DNA of 64,000 nucleotides, from contig JAFMJI010000011.1 of NCBI GenBank assembly GCA_017853575.1, forward strand, positions 220-64,219, given 5' to 3'. The translations under genes and the position numbers were made by a program. Shown here in pieces: positions 41,605 to 48,883 of the stretch (within the stretch, counting starts at the first letter, position 1; the number at the start of each line of letters is the position of its first letter). The notes beneath the pieces are model-generated. The model searched no databases and was not told the DNA's origin. It saw only the letters and a list, made by a program, of their open reading frames with translations. Source of the DNA: Chitinophagaceae bacterium. Its GTDB lineage: Bacteria; Bacteroidota; Bacteroidia; Chitinophagales; Chitinophagaceae.

Positions 41605-42170
41605 TGATGAACGAGCAGAGAAAAAAAATTCACCCACATAAGTTTACGTTGTGGGTCGCAATAGGAAGTATCCTGATGATGTTTGCCGGATTAACTTCAG
41701 CATATATCGTCAAAAGAAACCAGGCCAGTTGGATGATGTTGGAAATACCAGTGATCTTTTGGTATTCTACTTTCACCATCTTGACAAGCAGCGCAACAGT
41801 ACAGCTGGCGTTGCAAAAATTGAAACAGAGAGAAATGATTGCTTACCGAAGGTGGTTGGTGATCACAGCAGTGTTGGGAGTTCTTTTTTTAGTGTTGCAA
41901 ATAGCAGGATTTATGAAATTTGGTGAGTTGGATATCAGACTTATCGGAGCTGGTTCCAATGCATCTTATTCTTTTCTCCTTGCGATTTCCGGATTACATG
42001 GACTGCATGTATTGGGTGGTGTGATTGCCTTGGTCGTTATTGCATTGAGGGCATTGAGCACAACCAATAGAAACTACAGCACCATTCCTTTGGAAATTGC
42101 AGCAACCTATTGGCATTTTGTAGATATCCTTTGGATATACTTATTTATATTTTTCAATTGGATGAAATAA
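41604..42170 (+). CDS. Cytochrome c oxidase subunit III-like protein (first)
   Basis: MMFAGLTSAY, GLHGLHV, YWHFVDILW. Confidence 0.85.
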   Translation: MMNEQRKKIHPHKFTLWVAIGSILMMFAGLTSAYIVKRNQASWMMLEIPVIFWYSTFTILTSSATVQLALQKLKQREMIAYRRWLVITAVLGVLFLVLQIAGFMKFGELDIRLIGAGSNASYSFLLAISGLHGLHVLGGVIALVVIALRALSTTNRNYSTIPLEIAATYWHFVDILWIYLFIFFNWMK

Positions 42171-42204
42171 CGCTGATTGAATTGAACCTTTAAAAAGATA
42201 AAGC

Positions 42205-42951
42205 ATGGCAACAGCCGGAGCACAAATGGAAACCAAATGGTGGAGTGGCGGTAAAAGTCCCTTCAATGTTGAGTACGGGAAATTGATGATGTGGTACTTC
42301 CTCATGAGTGATGCCTTCACTTTTGGCGCATTCCTCATTTCATACGGAACCATTCGTTTCAGCCAAAACTATTGGCCTGATCCAAACGTAGTTTTCAATG
42401 CATTCCCTTTTGCAGGACATGCAAACCTTCCATTGGCATTCGTGAGCTTGATGACATTCATTCTCATCGTGAGTTCTGTAACCATGGTATTGGCAGTGCA
42501 TGCAGGACATAAAAATGATAAAGCCGGGGTTATCAAATGGATGATATGGACAATCATTGGCGGTATTGCGTTCTTGAGCTGTCAGGCTTGGGAATGGACA
42601 CACTTGATTACAGGCGATCATGCAGTATTGATCAATGGTCAAATCGAAGAAATCGGAACAACTGTTACCAGAAATCCATGGGGACCTGCAGCAAATGTTG
42701 CTGCACATGATGGCCACCATGTTGGTACTACTGGCCCTGTTGCATTCGGTGGTTATTTCTTTGGGATTACAGGGTTTCACGGTTTTCACGTATTCTCTGG
42801 AGTTGTGATCAATATCGTAATGTTGCTTATGACCATGAATGGTGTTTTTGAAAGAAAAGGACATTATCTGATGATCGAAAAGGCTGGTTTGTACTGGCAC
42901 TTTGTAGATTTGGTTTGGGTATTTGTATTCCTTTGTTTTTATCTTATTTAA
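42205..42951 (+). CDS. Cytochrome c oxidase subunit III-like protein (second)
   Basis: MWYFLMSD, TGFHGFHV, YWHFVDLVW. Confidence 0.85.
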   Translation: MATAGAQMETKWWSGGKSPFNVEYGKLMMWYFLMSDAFTFGAFLISYGTIRFSQNYWPDPNVVFNAFPFAGHANLPLAFVSLMTFILIVSSVTMVLAVHAGHKNDKAGVIKWMIWTIIGGIAFLSCQAWEWTHLITGDHAVLINGQIEEIGTTVTRNPWGPAANVAAHDGHHVGTTGPVAFGGYFFGITGFHGFHVFSGVVINIVMLLMTMNGVFERKGHYLMIEKAGLYWHFVDLVWVFVFLCFYLI

Positions 42952-42972
42952 TCAATCAAGTAATTCAAGTAT

Positions 42973-43368
42973 ATGGAACATTCAGTACAAGAAGTAAGCT
43001 TTCACCACGAGCCGGAAGGAGATGTTGTAAAGAAGATTATCAAGACAACCATCATACTTTCAGTCATCACAGTGATTGAATTGGGATTGGGTTTAACCAT
43101 GTATGCTTTCCCAATGGCTGCGGGTTTGAAGCTTTTTATCAAAGGTGTGATTGTGATTCTCTCGCTGCTTAAAGCATTTTACATTGTTGGTGTATTCATG
43201 CATTTGGGTGACGAGGTTAAGAACCTGATCATGACAATCATCGTTCCATTGTTGCTGTTCATTTGGTTCATAGCTGCCTTTTTGTGGGATGGAAATTCCT
43301 GGAAAGTGTTGAGGAATACATATCATCCTCAAGCAGTTGAGGTACATGAAGGCGGGGAGCATCATTAA
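42973..43368 (+). CDS. Cytochrome c oxidase subunit IV family
   Basis: LSVITVIE, KAFYIVGVFMHL; position in the cox operon. Confidence 0.75.
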   Translation: MEHSVQEVSFHHEPEGDVVKKIIKTTIILSVITVIELGLGLTMYAFPMAAGLKLFIKGVIVILSLLKAFYIVGVFMHLGDEVKNLIMTIIVPLLLFIWFIAAFLWDGNSWKVLRNTYHPQAVEVHEGGEHH

Positions 43369-43377
43369 TTAAGAGCT

Positions 43378-43404
43378 GTTCACGGTTAACCGTTAACAGT
43401 TAAC
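43378..43404. repeat. GTTCACG/GTTAACC/GTTAACA heptamer palindrome
   Basis: GTTCACG GTTAACC GTTAACA GTTAAC; perfect core ACGGTTAACCGT. Confidence 0.8.
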
Positions 43405-43412
43405 TATACATG

Positions 43413-43450
43413 AAAGCATCATAGGAATTGAACCCTTAGATGCTTTTTTT
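43413..43450 (+). terminator. Putative intrinsic terminator after the act-cox operon
   Basis: AAAGCATC...GATGCTTT stem followed by a T tract. Confidence 0.55.
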
Positions 43451-43467
43451 GTTTATATAAATATATC

Positions 43468-44166
43468 ATGAAAGGAAGGGTTTTAATAGCATTGATTGTG
43501 GTGGTTATCATACCAGTTGTCAGCTACTTGATCGTTGACCACTATAGCAGAGGTGCCGTTGAAATGCCTCGAAGGTATTTCTATGACACCGTGCTTGTAA
43601 AAAGAGAAAAAGGCAGAGATGTGTATGATACTGTGTGGCATAAAATCAAACCATTCAAATTGAAAAATCAATTTGGGAATGAAGTAGGATTGGATGATTG
43701 GGGAGAGAAAATTATTGTAGTTGATTTTTTCTTTACTTCTTGCCCATCTATTTGTCCTACACTTACACGCAATATGAAAAGGCTCCAAACAGCTTTTAAA
43801 AAAACTGATACTATTGTACGTTTTGTTTCATTTTCAATTGACCCTGAGAGAGACAGTGTTGCGAAGCTGAAAGCATATGGCGATAAATTTCAAATTGATC
43901 ACGACAGTTGGTGGATGTTAACCGGCCCCAAGAAAGAGATCTACGATATTGCCTTGAATGAATTCAAAGCATCAGTTGCATCCAATGGAAATATTGATAC
44001 CGGATTTATTCATACAGAGAAAATTTTCTTGTTGGATAAAGAGCATGTCGTTAGGGCATGGTACAATGGCCTAGACAGTGTACACTTGGATCAGGTAATC
44101 AAAGATGTTGTGTTGTTGAACATGGAAAGAGATAAAAAGAAAAAAAGAAACCTTTTTAGAAAATAA
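43468..44166 (+). CDS. SCO family copper chaperone
   Basis: FFFTSCPSICP (CxxxC), SIDPERD, HTE. Confidence 0.9.
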   Translation: MKGRVLIALIVVVIIPVVSYLIVDHYSRGAVEMPRRYFYDTVLVKREKGRDVYDTVWHKIKPFKLKNQFGNEVGLDDWGEKIIVVDFFFTSCPSICPTLTRNMKRLQTAFKKTDTIVRFVSFSIDPERDSVAKLKAYGDKFQIDHDSWWMLTGPKKEIYDIALNEFKASVASNGNIDTGFIHTEKIFLLDKEHVVRAWYNGLDSVHLDQVIKDVVLLNMERDKKKKRNLFRK

Positions 44167-44177
44167 AAATAAATATT

Positions 44178-44720
44178 ATGTTAGAGGCCAGCATCCAAAA
44201 GAATGATAAAAGAGCCAATGTTCTGATTATTCTTTTTTCAATCATTGTTTTTGTTGCAGTTGTTTTTCTGTCAAAAATAAAATTGGAAGTTTCTCTCCCT
44301 TTTAATGTACACTTGTTTGCAAAAATAAATGCAGTGATAAATTCTGCTGTAACCTTTCTGCTGTTGGTGGGCTTGTTGTCTGTGAAAAGAGGCAGATATG
44401 CATTGCACAAAAAAGTAATGATGAGTGCAATGGTGCTTTCACTGTTGTTTTTGGTGTCTTATATCTGTCATCACCTTTTTTCTGAATCTACTTCATATGG
44501 TGGTAATGATACAGCAAAATATATTTATTATTTTATTTTGATTACACATATCTTTCTAGCGGGTATTATTCTACCATTCATTCTATATACTTCTTATCGT
44601 GCATTGATTGCGGAATGGCCTCAACACAAAAAGCTTGCAAAAATTACATGGCCGATTTGGTTGTATGTTTCTGTAACTGGGGTAGTGGTTTATTTGATGA
44701 TTAGTCCTTTTTACAGTTGA
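44178..44720 (+). CDS. DUF420 membrane protein
   Basis: HKKVM, FLVSYICHH, LITHI, HKKLAKITWPIWLYVSVTGV. Confidence 0.85.
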   Translation: MLEASIQKNDKRANVLIILFSIIVFVAVVFLSKIKLEVSLPFNVHLFAKINAVINSAVTFLLLVGLLSVKRGRYALHKKVMMSAMVLSLLFLVSYICHHLFSESTSYGGNDTAKYIYYFILITHIFLAGIILPFILYTSYRALIAEWPQHKKLAKITWPIWLYVSVTGVVVYLMISPFYS

Positions 44721-44757
44721 CGGTTGACAGTTAACGGTTAGCAGACAACTGTTACCG
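44714..44757. repeat. CAGTTGA/CGGTTGA heptamer array overlapping the DUF420 stop codon
   Basis: CAGTTGA CGGTTGA CAGTTAA CGGTTAG CAGACAA CTGTTAC. Confidence 0.8.
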
Positions 44758-44835
44758 GATGTACAAAGTAATTGTTGACGTGGTTGTCAGAGTTGTCTTT
44801 TTTTAATTTATCTGAAACCATTTATTTCTAAAATT

Positions 44836-45171
44836 TTGAAAGAAAGAAATTTTTTTGAAGACGTTTTTGAAGTTGTCCGCCTCATACCAAAAGGCAGGGT
44901 TACGAATTACGGCAGTATTGCAAAATATCTCGGATCAGGACTATCTTCTAGAATGGTTGGTTGGGCAATGAATGCATCTCATGGTGTAAAACCTAAAGTC
45001 CCAGCACAGCGTGTAGTAAATAGAAATGGGCTATTGACAGGAAAATTTCATTTTAAAACCCCTACTACCATGCAGGAATTATTAGCGAAAGAAGGTGTAA
45101 AAGTGAAGAATGATAAGGTGGTAAACTTCAAACAAGTCTTCTGGGATCCGAATGTAGAATTAGAATTTTAA
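44836..45171 (+). CDS. Alkyltransferase-like (ATL/MGMT-family) DNA-binding protein
   Basis: IPKGRVTNYGSIA, RMVGWAM, PAQRVV (no catalytic Cys); TTG start. Confidence 0.85.
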   Translation: MKERNFFEDVFEVVRLIPKGRVTNYGSIAKYLGSGLSSRMVGWAMNASHGVKPKVPAQRVVNRNGLLTGKFHFKTPTTMQELLAKEGVKVKNDKVVNFKQVFWDPNVELEF

Positions 45172-45190
45172 AGCGATTAACATACTATCA

Positions 45191-45280
45191 GTTAACCGTT
45201 GACAGTTAACTGTCAACGGTTAACCGTCAACTGTATTTTCTCTCCCCCTCACCCTTCTCTCTCCTCCCTTTCCCAGGAAC
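45191..45280. repeat. Composite repeat: 34-bp perfect palindrome plus purine heptamers on the minus strand
   Basis: GTTAACCGTTGACAGTTAACTGTCAACGGTTAAC (45191-45224) is self-complementary; adjacent AAGGGAG/GAGAGAG/AAGGGTG units. Confidence 0.9.
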
Positions 45281-45436
45281 ATTCACATGATCATACGGGC
45301 AATTCACACATTCATTCCCGCAGCATCTTCCATTTTCCAAATGGTATTTTGCGGTCAGCACCATGAACCCTCTTTCATTGTAGTAGAAGTCTTCCCCTTC
45401 AATCAGCTTTCTTTTCTTCTTCGGTTTCTCTTGCAT
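45227..45436 (-). CDS. DUF5522-like small Cys-rich protein
   Basis: EGEDFYY...YHLENGRCCGNECVNCPY; probable ATG 45436 lies inside the trmB 3' end. Confidence 0.7.
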   Translation of the reverse strand: MQEKPKKKRKLIEGEDFYYNERGFMVLTAKYHLENGRCCGNECVNCPYDHVNVPGKGRREKGEGERKYS

Positions 45437-46142
45437 CTTGCGTTGATTCAATTTCTCTGGTTCTATTTGCCAGTTCATCATCCAGATCAGTGGGGAGCTC
45501 TTTGTTGATCTTGAACTTGAGGTAATGAACTGTTTTGCTTTTTGCAATATCGAGAGATTCGTAGTGGGTCTTGATTTGAAGTTCTTTGTTTTGTGGAAGA
45601 TCTACGGCGATATTCGCACTATCTTCAAACAAATCCAAGTGATACATCTCAATCACCAATTTTGTGAATTGGTAGAGCACCGGCGAATCTGTCTTTAGAT
45701 GTATATAACCATCGGGCTTTAGAAATTGTTTATACTTCCTAAGAAAAACAGGATGAGTTAATCGCTTTGTTGATTTTGAAATTCTGAGTTGTGGGTCCGG
45801 GAACGGCAGCCAGATTTCATCAATTTCATTTTCATTGAAATATTTCTCAATCATTCCGATTTGGGTGCGCAGAAAAAAGGCATTCTTCAAGTTCCGCTCC
45901 AGCGCTTGTTTTGCACCTACCCAAATTCTGTTTCCTTTTACATCTACTCCGATATAATTTTTTTCTGGATACAGTGATGCGAGTGCGATGGTATATTCTC
46001 CTTTTCCGCAAGCGAGCTCAAGGGAAATGGGATGGTTGTTTTGAAAAAAGCCATTCCACTTTCCTCCAGTATTTTCGGGATATTCCAATACATGTTCAAA
46101 GGTTGCTATTTCAGCAAATCGCTTTAATTTCTTTTGACCCAT
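45399..46142 (-). CDS. trmB: tRNA (guanine-N7)-methyltransferase
   Basis: LELACGKGEY, GVDVKGNR, IWLPFPDPQ, HLKTD; -7 box TACCTTTG at 46153-46160. Confidence 0.93.
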   Translation of the reverse strand: MGQKKLKRFAEIATFEHVLEYPENTGGKWNGFFQNNHPISLELACGKGEYTIALASLYPEKNYIGVDVKGNRIWVGAKQALERNLKNAFFLRTQIGMIEKYFNENEIDEIWLPFPDPQLRISKSTKRLTHPVFLRKYKQFLKPDGYIHLKTDSPVLYQFTKLVIEMYHLDLFEDSANIAVDLPQNKELQIKTHYESLDIAKSKTVHYLKFKINKELPTDLDDELANRTREIESTQDARETEEEKKAD

Positions 46143-46172
46143 AGAATTGGCGCAAAGGTAATGAGGGCGTGA

Positions 46173-47393
46173 TTATTCTTCCCATTTTTTAAATGCGAGT
46201 ACAGCATTTAAACCACCAAATGCAAATGCATTTGATAATGCATATTGTATCTTTTTTTCTTTGGATGCATTTGGAACGATATCTATATCGCAGGTTTCGT
46301 CTTTTTCTTGAAAGTTTGCAGTAGGTGGAAGAATACCGTTTTTTAATGCAAGCACAGTTGCAATGGCTTCAAAGGAACTTGTTGCACCAAGTGCATGTCC
46401 ATGCAACGATTTGGTTGAACTAATGGAAAGTTCATTTGCGTGGTTGCCGAAAACATTTTTTACAGCAGCAACTTCCATGGTATCATTGACCAAGGTGCCG
46501 GTGCCATGTGCATTGATATAACCAATTTGAGAAGGATTGATCGATCCATCCTGCATAGCCATTTGCATTGCTTTTTCAGCGCCCTTTTGATCTGGTTTGG
46601 TAATATGACTTGCATCTGATGTCATTCCAAATCCAACAATTTCACCTAAAATATTTGCTCCACGTTTTTTTGCGTTGTCCAATGTTTCCAATACTAGCAT
46701 ACCACTTCCTTCACCCAAAATCATTCCCTGCCTGTTTTTTGAAAACGGTCGACAGGTGTCTGGGGCTACCACGCGGATAGCTTCCCATGCTTTCAGAAAA
46801 GTATAGGTGAAGGGAGTTTCGCTTCCACCACATATAGCTTGATCACATACTCCGTTTCTTATCAACCAAAATGCATTTCCGATGGCATGATTGGAAGAAG
46901 CACATGCTGTAGAAATTGCATACACCGGTCCTTTGATTCCCATTTGCATGCTGATATTGCTGGCAGCACCATTGGGCATGGTTTTAGGGATAGAGAGGGG
47001 ATGAACCCTGGTTTTATTTTCTCTATACAAATCAATGTATGACTGCTCTTGTGTTTGCACACCACCAATGGAAGTTCCGCAAATTACAGCAGTGTTATAT
47101 GCATTCTCGTCATTAAAAATGATTCCTGCATTTTTTACGGCTTCTTTTGCAGCAACAACAGCAAGCTGTGTAAACCGGTCCATCAGATCAAGATCATCTT
47201 TTTCAATGATGCCAGTTGCGTCAAAATGTTTGATGTCTGCACCATTTTTGAATCTGATTTGATCAGAGAAGGAAGCGCTGTATGGACCAATACCTGAATT
47301 ACAGGTAATGACATTGTTCCAAAATTCTCCAGTGTTCATGCCAATGGCAGAGACTATTCCAGTACCAGTAACAACTACTCTTCTGTTCTGCAT
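46173..47393 (-). CDS. Beta-ketoacyl-ACP synthase (FabF/NodE-like)
   Basis: RRVVVTG, catalytic Cys-His-His (TACASS, NAHGTGT, SLHGHALG), SNAFAFGG; ATG 47393 preferred. Confidence 0.9.
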   Translation of the reverse strand: MQNRRVVVTGTGIVSAIGMNTGEFWNNVITCNSGIGPYSASFSDQIRFKNGADIKHFDATGIIEKDDLDLMDRFTQLAVVAAKEAVKNAGIIFNDENAYNTAVICGTSIGGVQTQEQSYIDLYRENKTRVHPLSIPKTMPNGAASNISMQMGIKGPVYAISTACASSNHAIGNAFWLIRNGVCDQAICGGSETPFTYTFLKAWEAIRVVAPDTCRPFSKNRQGMILGEGSGMLVLETLDNAKKRGANILGEIVGFGMTSDASHITKPDQKGAEKAMQMAMQDGSINPSQIGYINAHGTGTLVNDTMEVAAVKNVFGNHANELSISSTKSLHGHALGATSSFEAIATVLALKNGILPPTANFQEKDETCDIDIVPNASKEKKIQYALSNAFAFGGLNAVLAFKKWEE

Positions 47394-47400
47394 GAATAAA

Positions 47401-47637
47401 CTATTGCATGGCCTTTGATAAACCATCAACGGCTTGGCGGATGGTTTTGATTCCTTGTAATTCAGTATTTGGGATGTTTACATTGAATTCATCTTCCAGA
47501 TCAGCTATCAATTCGATAGAGTCGAGTGAATCCAATCCCAGTTCTTCAAAACTGCTGTCAATTGAAATGAGTTCTTTGTTGATTCCTTTTTTGGAAGAAA
47601 GCAACGTAGCCATTTTTTCAAATACTGCTTCGCTCAT
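47401..47637 (-). CDS. Acyl carrier protein
   Basis: 78 aa acidic protein with phosphopantetheine site LGLDSLD. Confidence 0.9.
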   Translation of the reverse strand: MSEAVFEKMATLLSSKKGINKELISIDSSFEELGLDSLDSIELIADLEDEFNVNIPNTELQGIKTIRQAVDGLSKAMQ

Positions 47638-47829
47638 GTGTAATGGTTTGTGGTAAAATTATGCAATTTGAATGATCTGTTGAAAAACACGTCCATACTT
47701 TGTTATAATCCTTCTATTTCATGTCTTTTCTCACTTTTTAGCGGTTTTAGCTGAGGTTAGTTTTACATCATCATAGAAAATAGAATGAAAAAGACACCCG
47801 CCTATTTAATTACCTTAAAAAACAAGAAC

Positions 47830-48099
47830 ATGAAGAAAATGATTTTGATGATGGCAATCATGCTGACAGGGTTCATCAGTTTTGCCAATGGGAAGGAGGC
47901 CAGGTTGACCTCAAGAGCATTCAACCAGATTCACACAAATTTTGACTGTACAGTTACATTGAAGGGATATGTATCTGTTGGGGCCGCTGGCTTTGAAGTT
48001 ACCTGTTCTGCAACAGCCAGCACCTGCGAGTTGGCTACACAGCAAGCTTCTACTTGCTTATCTGCTGCAATTAAAACAATTAAGAAAACTTATTTATAA
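47830..48099 (+). CDS. Small secreted Cys-rich peptide (89 aa, about 70 aa mature)
   Basis: Sec-type signal MKKMILMMAIMLTGFISFA; Cys at 40, 59, 66, 76; A-rich translation initiation region. Confidence 0.75.
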   Translation: MKKMILMMAIMLTGFISFANGKEARLTSRAFNQIHTNFDCTVTLKGYVSVGAAGFEVTCSATASTCELATQQASTCLSAAIKTIKKTYL

Positions 48100-48118
48100 A
48101 AAACCGGCGGGTGTTTAC

Positions 48119-48883
48119 ATGAAGCGTATGAAAAATATATTATTTGTTTTATTAACGATTGGAACCATAACTGTTCAGGCACAGGATCATATTGAGTCGC
48201 AAGTTGTTCATTACAATATTGTTTATAATCATTTGTTTGATCGGGAAAAAGATTTCAAACAGTATGATGCAATCTTATACATGCAAGGAGATCGATCATT
48301 GTTTACCATGAAACGCAATGATAAAATTGAAGATGCCTATCAAACAAATTATTTCGATGCGAGTCCGGATAGTTTGTTTACAGTCTTCAAAGATTTTGAA
48401 TCCAATTCACTGTTGTTTGATTTTTATCATTTGCAACAGGGTAATATAATATATGCAGATACACTGCATCCAATGGAGTGGAAGTTGGAAAGTGAGGAGA
48501 CAATAGTGGGCGGCATACCATGCAAGAAAGCGACGGTTAGATTTAAAGGGAGGGATTATGTTGCTTGGTATGCCCCTTCCATCCCCATTTCGAATGGGCC
48601 TTGGAAATTAGGTGGACTTCCCGGTTTGATTTTAGAGGCATATGATGAGAGACGGGAATGGCATGCGGTATATAATAACATGAAAGATATTGCGTTTATT
48701 GATTTTAGCTATTATGAAAGGCTTGTCAATAAAGGAGTATCGAGTTTTACAGATTTTATCAATGACTTAAAGATTTTACTCAAAAGAATGAGTGGCTCAT
48801 TGTCGAATAAAGGCAGTGATGATTGTTTAACCTGTATGAGCACATCACTTGTTACCATGTATATGTGGGAAAAGATTGATTGA
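48119..48883 (+). CDS. GLPGLI family protein
   Basis: Signal peptide; CKKATVRFKGRDYVAWYAPSIPISNGPWKLGGLPGLILEA. Confidence 0.92.
   Translation: MKRMKNILFVLLTIGTITVQAQDHIESQVVHYNIVYNHLFDREKDFKQYDAILYMQGDRSLFTMKRNDKIEDAYQTNYFDASPDSLFTVFKDFESNSLLFDFYHLQQGNIIYADTLHPMEWKLESEETIVGGIPCKKATVRFKGRDYVAWYAPSIPISNGPWKLGGLPGLILEAYDERREWHAVYNNMKDIAFIDFSYYERLVNKGVSSFTDFINDLKILLKRMSGSLSNKGSDDCLTCMSTSLVTMYMWEKID

Noticed and set aside
41604-42951. Two subunit III genes as an unusual duplication
   Set aside because: Paired subunit III-like genes are a known feature of Bacteroidota aa3 operons
47830-48099. Lanthipeptide/RiPP precursor interpretation of the Ser/Thr/Cys-rich peptide
   Set aside because: It has a Sec-type signal rather than a leader with a GG motif, and no LanB/C/M, YcaO or peptidase-ABC transporter lies nearby
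47969-48118. 5' extension of the GLPGLI ORF overlapping the peptide gene
   Set aside because: The signal peptide starts at ATG 48119/48128; the extension is an alternate frame of the peptide gene
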